DNA from: Zygnema circumcarinatum SAG 698-1b
Taxonomy: Eukaryota > Plantae > Zygnematophyceae
Direction of reading: 5' to 3'
DNA length: 64,000 nt
NCBI GenBank assembly: GCA_037447605.1
Contig: CM074817.1
Coordinates: forward strand, 1,612,001-1,676,000
Below the pieces are notes generated by a model. That model had not been told where the DNA came from and did no database searches. It saw only the letters and a program-made list of their open reading frames with translations. A program made the translations under genes and the position numbers. The first letter of the stretch is position 1. Every line of letters begins with the position of its first letter. Below, one piece after another: positions 1 to 12,979 of the stretch.

Positions 1-1456
1 GCGATTTTGGGCCTGCAGTCGATGGGTTACAATTGGTAGAGGATGACGAAGAGTATACGAGTGAGGATGAAAGCGAATGGCTAGAACAACGAATCAGTGA
101 TGCAGAAGCGATAGAAAGACTGGGCTTCCGCAGCCCCTTTCGTAGTCCAATCGATGTGACTGATGGTGAACATCGTTTGTTGGCAAATGGTGATGCTGAA
201 GGGAATTCTAGGCTTGTAGAAGATGGAGCTCAGGGAAGTGTAGAACTTAATGGTGAGGAGGCTGCTATGGCTGCAATAGCAAGAGGGAAGGCAGCAGTTG
301 GAGCAGGAACATTTGGAACTTCAACTGATCCTGATCGGCATGCCCGTAAGAAACGGGTGAATCTTAACTTTCCACCTGGCTATAGTGTTTCACGGAAGGA
401 CCTGAAACGACTGCAGGCCTTCTTGGACCTTCCATTTGTCTCACCTTATTCTGACGCTTCTGAAGTTCATCCGGCGTCCAAGGAAGCAGAGAAGCGTAGC
501 GTAGCCGTTCTGCATGAGATGCTGTCACTGACATTGGAAAAACGGCTGCTATGTGATCATTTCACACATTTTCGAAGAGATTACAGGTGAGTTTAGAAGG
601 AAGGGTTGGGAGAGTGTAATCGAAAACGGGTACGACATTGTAGTGTTTTCCTAAGCTATATAGATGGTGCATGATGCCGTATCATATCTCTCCCATGTGG
701 GCTTTGTCTGAAGAAGAGAGATGGTTCAAGTCTGTTCCCTTCGGAAGATGTTACAGCAGTTGGGGCAGCGTAGAAACTGACCACTGAATGATAGTGGATT
801 TGGCAGTGACAGTGATCATATTGAGCATCGTTTGTTTTCGAAGTCGATGTTGGTGTTTAACCATCGTTTGGCATTGTAAGCAGAGATTGGTGTATCGATC
901 TACAGTCAGTTCTAATGAGCATGTGGACATGTGCAGGTTGAGTCAGCGTCTTCGTGGGATGATCATTCGCCACCCTGAGCTCTTCTATGTCTCAGAAAAA
1001 GGCATGCGTGATTCAGTCTTTCTTCGAGAGGCTTACAATGGCCTGACTCTTGTCAAAAAGGACCCGCTTGTGCAAGTAACCGACGAACTGCGACAACTTG
1101 TGTGGTTGGGAAAGAAAACACAGAAAATAAGGTCACGTGGTGAAGGCGATGAAGATGAAGATGATGACAATGAGGACTATAGTGAGGATGATGAGGATGA
1201 TGATGACGATGATGATGATGATGATTATGAGGATGATGATGACGATGATGGGTGGGGGGAGAGTGATGATGAAGAAGAGATTTCCCGCGATGAAGATCGG
1301 CCCCCACGAGGGTATGCAAGAGGAGCACGCACCTATCCTCCTGTGCAAGGTCGGGTTTTACAAGTAGGGAGGCAGAAGGTGCCGGCATCAACCTGGAGAA
1401 GGCCGCAGCCTGAAAAGCAAGAGGCGGTTGGTGCACCGCCGAAAGAGAGATGGTGA
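1..1456 (+). CDS. WTF1: PORR (plant organelle RNA recognition) domain protein, WTF1-like; 5' end outside the window; exons <1-586 and 937-1456
   Basis: Splice CAG|GTGAGT at 587 and GCAG|G at 936 gives ...EKRSVAVLHEMLSLTLEKRLLCDHFTHFRRDYR-LSQRLRGMIIRHPELFYVSEKGMRDSVFLREAY..., the PORR C-terminal signature closely resembling WTF1. It is followed by a D/E-rich tail. The frame is open from position 3. Confidence 0.85.
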
Positions 1457-2351
1457 TTCTGTGTATACATTCTTTGTGGCCCTTGAAAGGGTCCAATTAT
1501 TCAAAAATAGATCCACGTGCTTATCAGTTGGTGGGAGGAGCCATTTGCGACGTGCCGGGCAGTGGGTGCGGTATGGGATGAGCCACTGGCGGATGGAAAA
1601 GAATTTGAAGTCATTTTGCTGTCTTGACATTCTCAGACATTCACCGGCCGTCTTTAAGTGTACAGTTGCAACTTATTTTTAGGGTTGGCATGGTTCCATA
1701 CATACCATGTTGATAAGGATGTGTCTTAGGTCAGCGAGGTCCGTGCGTTTGCTATCATGAAGTCAAGCCAATCATGACTCGCTTGGTACCTTTGTGGCCT
1801 CAAATGGCAACAAAATCACCTTCATTCCTACGACAAGACCAGCACTTTCTGGCCGCCCGACAATGTGGACGATAGCCCAAATAAAAAAATGGAACGTGTG
1901 GCAGCCCCCGCCATTGCCCCAAGTTGCCTGCACAGCATGAGCAATAACTTCTAATCTCAAATTCCGAACAATGATCACCGAGGAGACCGATATGCGGCGC
2001 CACGCATGAGGATGGCACGCTCACTGGTCCTCGTTTGGGGTCTGAATATGGTCCTCGTTCAGACCGTGTGAACGCAGAGCCTCAATCGTCGTTATGCATG
2101 CACGGGGAGCCGACGTGGCGCCGCCTCCCGCCGGCAGCCGCCCCTCCATGCAGAGGAGAGGGAGAGGGAGAGGGAGCGGGAGAGAGGGAGGGTAGGCGGC
2201 GAGGGTGGGAGGGAAGGTGGAGTCATACGGACGTGCTCCTGTGGTCATTTGCTAAAGGCAAAGCAATTTTTTGAAGAAGGGTTCTTCTGGAGGGGAAGTG
2301 GGGAAGGGCTTCTGATTTCGCATCTTCATTTCATTCCAGCAGAACTTTGCC

Positions 2352-3551
2352 ATGGCGTTGCTGAGGGCCAGTTCGCGTCTTTCGGAGGTATGTATGCATT
2401 CGTACGTAGAGCATTTTCTGAAGCGCTACTTATCACTGTTATTTCAAGCTTAATTTCATTACTTTAATTGTATTACGAAGCATATTTCTCGTTCAGGATA
2501 CCTCACGTGCTTCAGCTATGATGCAACATCTGAACTTCTAACTGATTCTTGCAGTCGCATCAGTTTTGATTTGAGGTATATTATCTGCATGCGTTTATTC
2601 GCTTTGTGCAGAGATCATCGTTATTCAGGGCACTGCATGGCTGCTCTGTTCACATGGCCGAGTCGAAGACACATCCTGCATTGGATCTCGCTGATACACA
2701 TATGATGAGCCATGCGGAGAAGGAGCGTCTCGGCATTCCAAAGAAAGGACCGGCAGATAAGCCGGGGTCGTTCATGCACCAGAGGGGCAGTCTTAGCGAA
2801 CCTGTGACAAGCGTCCCTCCCGGGAGGTCAGCACCACCCTGCCTCTGACCAACAGGAGGATAAAGACTTCCTTTCAGTCAAAAGGAGATGTAGAAGTCTT
2901 TACAGGAAGAGAAACAACATGCTATTAGCCGGATTTGAAATTACTTGTTTCAAACGAGGCATGGGATACTGCCACATTTTAGATTATTTTCTTCGTCTAT
3001 CAGCCTTCTGCTTAAGGAACGAGGAAGGGCAAGAAAATATTTCTTATCACAAACCAGTTTTGCAGATTCTACCTTATGTAGTTCGTTTATCTAATGCATG
3101 CACGAGCAGCGGCAATCAATCTCGTGCTGCGAAGAAATGGTAATGCGCAGATGTGCTTAGGCTCTATACTTCTCCGTTTTCCGAATAAAATTAACAACAT
3201 ACAACTGGTCCTGAGATTTGGACGCCGTTTTGAATCAATTACAGGTGGTGGCTAAGGAAGGAACTCTGGCCTCTTTGGCCTCTTTTTGGCATGGTGACTT
3301 TAGGCCTCACGTTAGCAACATTCACCGGTTTTTGGATTCTGTTCGAGCATCCGGAGGTATACCCCCGCAAGCGCCTCCGTGAAGAGTTTCCAGAACTGGA
3401 TAGGGCTGAGGAATGGGCGCATAAAGGAGAAGAGTTTGCCAAACAGAGTCCCTTTCGCCGCCTCGCCCATGCGGTAAGCAGAGATAGCATTGACGTTGAC
3501 CTTGGAGATAGCATTCCCTTAACAACCTACTTAAGTTACTTTTGCAAGTAA
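2352..3551 (+). CDS. B12D/NDUFA4-like mitochondrial membrane protein with N-terminal extension; exons 2352-2387, 2612-2826, 3245-3551 (185 aa)
   Basis: Three exons join in frame through GT-AG sites. The C-terminal exon reads RWWLRKELWPLWPLFGMVTLGLTLATFTGFWILFEHPEV...GEEFAKQSPFRR, which parallels the B12D pattern WLRPEVYPL-(TM)-NPEV...GEKY...LR. The N-terminus MALLRASSRLSERSSLFRAL is R/S/L-rich, like a presequence. Family call is by recalled motif similarity. Confidence 0.6.
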
Positions 3552-4705
3552 GTGGGACTGGTTCGTGCTTCGTAGTAGGCCAACTTCTTTGAGTCGAGTG
3601 TTTTTTTAGGGTTTGCATTCTAACGTGAGGGTCTGGTAGAGTTGGCTGCAGGGAGGTCCAATTGCTGTTCTGAGGCAAGTGTTCCACGAGCCTCCGCGCC
3701 TCCCTGGTGATGAAGATGTATTGACTGGGCGACCCGCTGGAAAGGGCTCGGGGCCTCCTCGGGGGGGCTCATACTGAACCTTTTCGAGACCACTTGAGCG
3801 ATCATTAGCTTCTTCTGTGATCCTGTGAAGGATTTTGCTTGTGGAGAGTGTCAGTCACTTTTACATTTCCGGGTGTGTGTGTACCAGTGTGTAAGAGAGC
3901 GAGAGCGAGAGGGGAGGGGGGTAGACACATTCAAAAGGTGTACAGAGGCAGGGAAGTGGGGCGCATAGCACGTGTGAAGTTGTCTTGAGGGTCGCGTAAT
4001 ATCATCCAAGAAACGGTTGTCACCTTTTGGACAGAACGAAGTCAACTTTGACAGAGTAGTGGTGAGGCAGTTCAGTTGAAATGTTGAGAAACCGTTTTGC
4101 TTTGACAGTGCCAGGGACAAGTTGCAGCTTACAGTTTCAATAAAAACTTTAATGCTCACTAACCGAATCTGTAATTTCTTCATATGTCGACAAGGCAAGT
4201 TCTTTTGTTTTCCAGTGCCCGTTAAATTGATTTTGACCAGTAGTTGCTGCAGCACTTGTCGAGGCAGGCAAGGTAATTCCATTGGGCACAGAGCGCCTCT
4301 AACATGAAGGGGAGGGTGAACTGTCATCTCCTGTGAAGGTACTGCCGCAACATGATCATGGTCAATGACAAAGTGGGGAGGTAGTGACCCCAGCATCGTT
4401 TTTAAAAGGAAAGAGAAGGGGAGGACATGGGGGAAGAAGGGAAGTCAAAAGGATACCGCAATCAAACCCGCTTGGCAATTCCGAATCACTTCCACTCCCA
4501 CAACACGTCCATAGCTCGAGCCATTGCAATGTGCAAATATAAGCCCACATAGTACAGCTTTGAGAGCTTGACTGTCAACCGACACAACAACAATAATACA
4601 GCATCGAAAAAAATGTCTGTCTCACAAAGTGCGCGCACATCACCTTAATCTATTTTGACTATTAAGTTCCTCCTACATCTCTCCTTTCACTATCGGTGCC
4701 TTGGC

Positions 4706-6620
4706 TTAGCAGATGACGCTCTCGGGCTCACCTTCCACCTCTGCCTCTGCAATGGAAATGAGGGGTCCGCCCTCAAAATCGTACTCCAAGTCCGCAAACT
4801 GCCGCTTCTTCTCCCTCCATGAGCGGAACATCTCTCGCCGCCTCACCTTCCTGCTGTCAGGGTTCTCCACCTTCTCCGTAAGATCGGGGTAGACGCTGAT
4901 CTGCACTCGATGAAAAAAACAAACAGCACATTCCATGAATGAGTGCCCCACTTGGCTAGATCGGGGTTCATTCGAGGCCTTTTTAAACAACCGGTGAATT
5001 AGTAAGACTGGACTGGAAAATTAGTAAGACATGAGTGAGAGACATTTCTATCTTGCTCCATTGTTGCTTCCCACTGTGACCTACATGAAAGCCATCAGCT
5101 TTGGCAGTACATGATGCTCCATAAGAGTCAGAACAGTCAGTATTTTGACAATCGATAATATCTTTACACAGAGTAGCTCCTATTACATAAGGTGCATAGC
5201 AAACCCTATAATCCTTGAGGTTCTTTAAAACCTATAGAGGAATTCTCGCCTCCCGAAAGCACATAAGTCAGTGATTTCTAGTGTATCGTCACGAATTCAA
5301 AGCATCAGTCGCCTCAAAAACTTATGACTAGTCCCATGAGAGGGCAAAGCAGTTGCCCACTCATAGGACGCCATGTCAGACAATACAAGGTGCTGCATAC
5401 TTTCAACGGACATCAGCCAAAACATAGTATCTGCATAAACAAAGGATTGCAGTAGTGTTCCCAATTCAACAAAAGAAGCTCATCATTGACTGTCAGAATT
5501 CACAAGAAGCAATGAGCACTCAGCATCTCTACATTTTTACGTCAAACAGTCAATAATCTAATCTTACATATTCGTGTTAAGCTCATCAGAGAAGGGCTAG
5601 GGACGTGCTGAGGAAAGAGAAAGGTAGACATCACTTGCAGAGGAGCGAAGAGGGCATGCAAATATGCTCTTAAGTTAGCCCTAAAATTAATGGAGCAGAA
5701 AGATGGTAGAGACTGCATACGAGAATCTCACCTTAGTCCTGTCGGGACCGAACTTCTCAAACTTGACAAGACCATCAATCAGCGAGAAGATTGTGTAGTC
5801 TTTTCCGATGCCCACATTGTTCCCTGGGTGCCACTGCACTCCCTCCGCGTCAAAGAAAAGCACAGAAGTAAGCCAGATAATTCCTCTACTCAGCTCGCAG
5901 TGTTCAACTCCAGAGACGTCGATGAGGGACTGCTAGCCCATCACTGAGTGTGCCAAAAATAGGTAAATTGTTGCAGAATGGAAACTGTTACAGAATGTTC
6001 ATTCAATGCAAAAAGATGTTCCGATTTGCAATACGGCAGATATGCCCCTGACCCCTTTTTTTGGGTCGTATTTTACAGCCGGATGCACGTGCAGAGCAAG
6101 GAACATAAGTTATCACGCAGAGTTCAATATCACTTCATAGAGAAGCAAACTTCCATCACCCTAATCAACACTCCCTATAATCACTCCCTCACAAACCCCA
6201 ATTGCAGAAACTAAATGTACCCAGAACATCATCTCACAACACACTTCCCACCCACCGCATGTGTTCCTTCATCTCCCATTTACAAACTAGCCCCACCGTA
6301 GCCTCCCTCTCCCACTCCTCTTTCACCTTTGTCCCCCTCTGTCTCACGATGATGCTCCCCGGTTTCGCCGTCTGATCGCCATAGACCTTCACGCCCATCC
6401 TCTTAGATACCGAATCTCTCCCATTCTTAGTACTTCCTGACCCCTTTTTGTGCGCTGCCTCAATAGTCAAACCGAAGGCTCCGCTCCTTCTCTCTATCTC
6501 TCCCGCGGCCGCGCGAGTGATCTCTCCCTCCCCAGAGAAGGCGGCGGAGGAGCGCAGGGACTCCACCTTCAATTTCCCGAACATTCCCGTAATAGCAGCA
6601 GCTCCTGCAAGCGCAGCCAT
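4706..6620 (-). CDS. RPL27: Plastid 50S ribosomal protein L27; exons 6620-6327, 5833-5732, 4900-4706
   Basis: Transit-peptide-like N-terminus, then [15 protein letters not shown]...[23 protein letters not shown]|[34 protein letters not shown]|ISVYP...[12 protein letters not shown]. All junctions are phase 0 GT-AG. Confidence 0.95.
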
Positions 6621-7149
6621 GGCTGCCGGCCGGAGTCGCTCTCTCTCCCTCTTCCTCGCCCACAGCTCCTTGAAAGAGACCAAGGAGGGGGACCCCAAAA
6701 GGCCACGTGGCAGCCCCACGGAAACCCGCCTCCCACTCCCGCGATGGCGCTGTTTGTGCGGCTCCGATTGCTCGCCAGGGCGAATTTGAGCCGTGCGATG
6801 TGGATTGCGTGCGGGCGCAGGGCACTGGAGCTTTTAGGGTTTTGGGGGCCTTTCCTCGCCCTCGCACTCAAGCGCTTCGTCTCGTTAAGGAGCCCGTCGG
6901 AAGGCTTTGCAAGCTTTTAGGGTTGTGAAGAAGAGTACCACGTGGCGCATTTCTGGAAGAGATTGCTGCGGCGGAGCGGCTCGACTTCGTTGTAGGGAAA
7001 GGTGGAGCAGTCCTGAGAAGGGAGAGAGGGGGGGAGGTAGGAGGAGGAGGGAGAGAGGAAGGGAGAGACCGTCGGAGAGTTCGCAAGGTGGATTTGGCAC
7101 CTTACTTGGGACGAATATATTGTGCGTTTTAAGTTGTATTTTTTAAGGA
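6621..7149. promoter_or_regulatory. Putative bidirectional promoter region of RPL27 and RBF1
   Basis: 529 bp lie between the divergent start codons. It contains telo-box-like TTAGGGTTT (6834-6842) and TTAGGGTT (6917-6924), and G-boxes CCACGTGG (6703-6710, 6938-6945). Confidence 0.55.
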
Positions 7150-9061
7150 ATGGCTGCAGTGTCTGGCAGATTATTTCTCCCTCCTGGAGGAGCTCAAATT
7201 CTCGCAGAGAATTCTCATTCCTCAGCATTCAGCAGGCAGCGGCCACCGTGGCCTTTTTTTGAGACCTGCAGTCTCTGTGGTTCGAGTGGGCGCTCACTCT
7301 CCAGCATGGAAACTGCTAGTGGGTTTGGAGCATCTTTTCGGGTTAGTTATTTATTCGGAAACAGGGCCTTTTTTAAGCCATTCGGGAAGGACACAACGAG
7401 GGAGGAGCAGGTACTTCGAATAGTATCAATGGCTCATCCGAGACGAGTGCAGATGGTTGGTCAGCAAATTAGGCGTGAGCTCAGTGAAATGTTGATCCAT
7501 GATAAGGTGCTCCGGGAGGCAGTCATTCCAGAAACTTCTATTGGGTCTGATCTCTTCTTATCCTGCGTGGCGTCTATCAGCGAGGTGGAAATGTCGGGTG
7601 ACTTACAGGTTTGATTCCCATCCTTAAAGCGCGAACATGTTTGGGATTGAGCAAGGCAAGGGAAGCAACCGTTTTCTGAGGAGCTTCGAAGAATAGTGGG
7701 AAGACAAAAGGGCTGCTTATGGTGCCAATTGGATGAATGGCTTTTCAATTTGCGATTGAGACTAGTACTCGTCTTGGTTTCTCGCCAATTGTTGACTTAC
7801 GTAGTATACGTTTATGGGGAAGAGGAGCTTCTTCTCGATATAAGAAATGGCGAAAGGGCGTCAATGGATTCCTGCTTCACACAGCTTGCTGTACTGAGCT
7901 TATGTTAGTTCCGAAAGAAGCCATGCTTGCCCTAATCATAAACACACAAAGTAATCTGCATAGTGTCTATGGTTTTCAAATTCCTTGGAGGAATATTCCG
8001 CTTGTTATGTGCAACAGGTAGCGAAGGTTTACGTTTCTGTTGTCGGAGACGAGCGAGGGAAAGAGATTGCCATGGCGGGTCTGAAGGCGAAGCAGGGCTA
8101 TGTTCGCTCTGGACTTGGAAAGAGAATGCGACTGCGAGTCACACCTGAAGTTCGATTCCTTTTCGACGACGCGCTCGAGAGAGGCAGTCGGGTGCGCTCT
8201 TTTGGCCCTTGCGCTGATGTTCACTACTTGGCTTTCTCGGAGTCAGTAAAACTGCATGCATGTAGATGCATGTAGATGCAAGAAAGTCAAGGTTGCTGGT
8301 TTTGTTTTGGGCTCTTCTTTAACATGCTTGATGATGTTTTTAAGTACATGGATCAGGCGTTCTTTTCAGGTTACTCTTTCCTTTCACGCTGTGCTTGCAT
8401 TTGCTTCTGCTTGAGGTTCCTGCATTGACTGAATAATTACGGAACAGCTGGATATATTGAAAATTTCTCCTTCACTTCTTTGTCTTCAAATATTCGAGTC
8501 GTGCCAGCACAGTGAGTTGTAGCTCATCATGCATGCATGCTCACAACTCCAAACAAACGTTGAGGTTGAACATCAATGAGTTGATGAAAGCCAACCGATG
8601 TTTACTATCCTAAGATCGACTCTCCTGGTTGGAAGCATGTGAGCATCTTTAAAGAAGGCCTTCCATTAGTTTCACAGTTTTTTTTGCCCTTCCATTAGTG
8701 ATCTTACTCTCTTAGTTTCGTCCATAGTTTCTCTGCCCTTATATCGAAAACTAAACTTTTTCTTCCTGTGATGAATCAGGTGCTCTCTCTTCTTTCAAAG
8801 CTGAAAGAAGAGAGGGAAAGGAGAGAGAAAGGAGAAGTCATTCTGCACAATGCGGACATGGAGGAGGAGGATGACTTTGATGGGCCAACGAAGGTGCCTG
8901 TCAGCAGAGATCGGAGAAAAGGAAAAAATGCGGAAGCTAAGAAGCCTACTCAGAAGCCAACCCCAAAATTTATATTGAGTGAAGAGGATAGTGAAGACAG
9001 TGACAAGGACGGAGATGGGCCCGAGTACGGTGAAGGCGAAAACATCATTTTTATTAAGTGA
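7150..9061 (+). CDS. RBF1: Plastid ribosome-binding factor A; exons 7150-7608, 8018-8191, 8780-9061
   Basis: MAHPRRVQMVGQQIRRELSEML...EVEMSGDLQ|VAKVYVSV...LKAKQGYVRSGLGKRMRLRVTPEVRFLFDDALERGSR|VLSLL is the RbfA signature. It has a transit-peptide-like N-terminus, an acidic tail and phase-0 GT-AG introns. Confidence 0.92.
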
Positions 9062-9994
9062 CGGAAAAATATGACATTCTCATTTGGGCAAGAGGGGGCG
9101 CCGTTTTTTTTAAAAGGAAAAATTAAGTTAACCTTTGTATATGGTGCACCTCTTGAAGCCTTGTCTCCTGTGGGGTGTTCAAATTATATAAAGGAAAAAT
9201 GTCAATGTTCTGATCAATATTTTTCTACGAGTCATTTGTACGGAGCTGAGAATTTCACCGCTTCAAATCTAACCTCCATCTAAGGGGCTTTTATAATTCT
9301 TCTTCAAAGGGGTGACTCATTGCAGACTCGTCATTGCCCATGAGCAAAAAAGAAAACCAATTCTCTTTTCATTGTTAAGAGATTTGAGTCAATAAAATGT
9401 ACAAAAGGTCCGAGCCGAGCCCGGTTCTCTTTTGGAGAACCCCACGGACCCAAACTATCCATAGACCTTTCTAGCCTAATTTGAGCAACCTTTGGTTTCC
9501 ACATGAGGCCTATTTCTACCACCCGGTTCAACTCAGTTTTCATAACTAGATTCGTCTACCTGAAACAGACCAAAGGTCGACTAACCGACCGCATATCCTC
9601 TATTTCGATTTACAAGCTACAAAACAAGCACGGATTCTAAACATGCAAAGCAAAAAATGGTAAAGTCTCGTCCTATGAGAGGACTCTATCAGACAAAATC
9701 TGACCTTAACATTATCTATTTCTTTCTTTTTTTCTAGAGGCTTTGCCCCACTGTCACAGTCACATCAAACACTAAGCGTTTGGGACTAGAGTTGGATTGG
9801 GAACATGAAGCAGCCAAAGTGGCTATAGGGAGGCTGACCTCCCTCTAACCAGGAGGGTAGGCCGTCTCTCTCAGCCACTCCCACTTCCTCTCCCTTCCCC
9901 GCCCCCTCACTCTCTCTCTCTCCCCCCCCCTCCCACCTCCATTCCCTTCCCCCTCCCCAACCCTTACCTCCTCTATCTAAAGTTAACCCGTTAG

Positions 9995-12088
9995 CTAGCC
10001 CAGATAGCCAACCAGCTCTCCGCCTGTCTGCGCGAGCCACGTGTCCTCTAGAAGCTCCGGCGCAGTGAGGCGGCTCGCCGGGTCCGCCACTAGGAGCTTC
10101 CGTACGAGGCGGCGCGCCGCGGGGGAGACTTCGCCCCAATGGCGGGCCGCGAACCGAACCTTCGCGGCGCGGATTCGCTCGAAAATGGCGGAATCCGAGT
10201 CGCCGAAGAAGGGGAGCATGCCGGAGAGGAGGACGTAGAGGACCACTCCGAGACTCCACATGTCGGCTTCTTTGCCGTACTTCCCTCCGTTTACGACTTC
10301 CGGAGCGAAGTAAAATCTGCAAGAAAAGAAAGTAACAGCGATCGGTTTGAGAATTCGTTTATTTTGTTAAGATGAGTTGAATCGTGGATTGTTTCGATGC
10401 CGTTTTTTTGAGGTGAATTGGAGGCGGAAGATGAGAGAGAAGAGAGAGAGAGAGCGAGGGGGAATAGAGGTGGGAGAGTGCGTACGGAGAGCCGGCAATT
10501 CCTCTTGTTCGTTGGCGCGGCTCGAGGTACACAGCGAGGCCGAAGTCGCAGAGTTTGACTCGAGTGCGGTGCGGCTCGCGGGGGTCCGGCGGGGCCACAA
10601 GGAGAATGTTCTCCGGCTTAAGGTCCCTGCCGGTCCATGCAGCCACAGGTTGGGAATTAGTTACAGATGAATCGTACAAGTTATTAGCAGCTTTCTTCCT
10701 TCGCCCGCCCTCCTACTCTCTCTCCTTCCTTTCTTTCCATCAATCCCATCCTCTTTCCCCCCCCCCTCCTTCCTTCCTCCCTCCCTCTTTTCGCCCTCCC
10801 TCCTCCCCGCCCTCCCGCTTTGCACGCCTTTCCTTCCTCCCTTCTCTTCCTCTCTCTCCCTATCCGCATCCCATTAACCCCTAACCATCTCCTCTCACTT
10901 CCACCCTCCCTTCCCCCCTTCCCCTTCCTCCACACTCAATCCTTTCTCCGCCGTCCCTGCCACCCCTCCCCCTTCCTCCCTGCCCCCCTCCCTCTCTCTC
11001 CCTTCCTCCCTGCCCCCCTCCCTCTCTCCTCCCTCCCTCCCTCCCTCCCTCCCTCCCTCCCTCCCTCACCTATGCATGACCCCCTGCGCGTGCATGTGCC
11101 TCACTCCCTCCGCAATCTGTCTGAACAGCCCCGCCGCCTCCTCCTCCGGGAACCGCTTCCTCCTCAGAATGTGTGAACTCAGGCTCCCTCCCGCGCAGAG
11201 CTCCATCAGCATGTGGACCACCCCCCCGTCCCGATACACGCCCTCCAGCGCGCAGATGTTCGGGTGCCCCCCCACCCTCCGCATCAGCGCTATCTCCCTC
11301 TCCACATCCGCCGCCGCCCGGGACCGCGCAACGCTTTTACATGCTCTCCGTTCGCCCGTCAAACGGTCCACCCACACCGTCACAACCCCAAAGTTGCCCC
11401 TCCCGAGGACGATGCCCGTCGCCTCATATCGGCCTCGCGACCTGCCCTGAACCCCACGGGGAGGGAGAGAGTCGGCGCGGAGGGAGTTTTCTACCAGCAC
11501 GCCTCCGCCTTCTTGGGCCTCTACGTCCCTGATCACAGCTATCTCCTCGCGCTGCCTATGACACCTGCTATTTGGGGCTCTCTCTCGCACTCGCACACGC
11601 TCTCTCTCTCTCTCTTTCTCTCTCCCCCCTCTCTCACATCTCTCCGGCTCCGTCTTCTCCTTGAACCCTCCCTCAGGAGTACCACATTTCCGGCTGCTCT
11701 CCCGCCGCCTCCTCCCTCCCTCTGCCTCCCTCCGCAGAAGCTTCAGCAAGTCCTCCTCCGACTCCGCCCGGCGGTGGCCCACACTCCCCCCCTTCAACTT
11801 TAGCCCCAAATCGACCAGCCGTACATTCTTTTCCAAAGCCTCTCCCGCGGTGTGAGTTTGTATTTCAGTAAAGGCGCAGTCCTCGGGAGAGGTTCTCGAG
11901 GTTCTCTCTCCCTCCCTCCCTCTCTCTCCCTCTCCCTCTCCCTCTCCCTCTTCCTCCTCCTCGTCCTCCCGGAGGCCTCCTCCTGCCGCGCACAGCCTCA
12001 GCCTCAGCCGCGCCCTCCGGAAGCTTCCCGGAACCTCCCGCGAGTCCTCGGGCGAGCCGGGCGCCACGCGGCCCACTCGGTTGCCCAT
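9995..12088 (-). CDS. CDPK-superfamily Ser/Thr kinase lacking EF-hands (PEPKR/CRK-like); exons 12088-11070, 10626-10486, 10316-9995 (493 aa)
   Basis: Motifs LGRGNFG, ACK, HPNI, MELCAGG, HR|DLKPEN, DFG, GSP|FYFAPE, DMWSLGVVLYVLLSGMLPF are present. A stop comes shortly after subdomain XI, so there is no calmodulin-like domain. The protein starts MGN. Confidence 0.85.
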
Positions 12089-12979
12089 CGCGGGGGGGGG
12101 CCCAAGCGCGCGGGAAAATTGAGAGAGAGAGAGAGTGAGAGAGAGAGAGAGGGCGAGAGGGAGAGAAAAAAGGTGAGAGGGAGTGAGAGAGGGCAAGAGG
12201 GGGGGAGAGAGGGGTGCGAGGAGAAGGCCGAGGGAGGGCGGTGTCGGCGCAGAGAGGGAGACCGGAAAGTGACAAACAGCCGGCTCCAGGTAAGTGGACG
12301 TGGGCGGGCGGCGGCACGAGCACTCGACACGTGTCGAGCGTTTTCCATCGTTCTGAGCCGCCAGGTACGGACGGTCGTGTCGGTGCCCACAGACGGCGCC
12401 CTGGGGCCGTGGGGCGCAGGACGGCCCCAGAAAACGACAGATCGATCGGCGTCCGCTCGTCGAATCTGAGCGTATCTATATTTGGCGCAATCGGTCCGTC
12501 CGAGATAGCCGTTATGGGAGGGCGCGCGAAAAGGACACTGCTGAAAGGTCGCCGTACATAGAATCTTAAATTTTGCCAGCTGGCTCAGATCCTCTCCCGA
12601 GATGTTTCCCTCCACGCGGCGTCTGTGGCGGAGCCATAACCGCGCCAGAGATCTTTTTGGGTCCCCTGCCAGCTGGCGATTGTCGGCCCGTAAATGCGCC
12701 AGATCCGCGGCGGGCCGAGGCGGCGGCGCATGGGACAGCCTTAGGGCCGCGGCCGGGCCCGCCCGGCGACCGGGCGGCAGGGGGAGGGAGGGGCCGGGAT
12801 AGGTCGGTGGGAGGGACCAGTATAGGTCGGTGTGCCGGCTGACGCGAGGCGTGTGCGAGGACGTCGAGGGACGAGGGGGCGTAAGCATGACGCCAGCATT
12901 AGTGGCTGTTTTGGAGGGTAGGGATTGGTCTGGTACTGTACGTAACGACAAATAACCGTACATATTGGGATGTGCCCCT

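Noticed and set aside
3620-4550. Minus-strand ORFs downstream of RPL27
   Set aside because: There is no recognisable motif or consistent splice chain; probably 3' UTR or intergenic.
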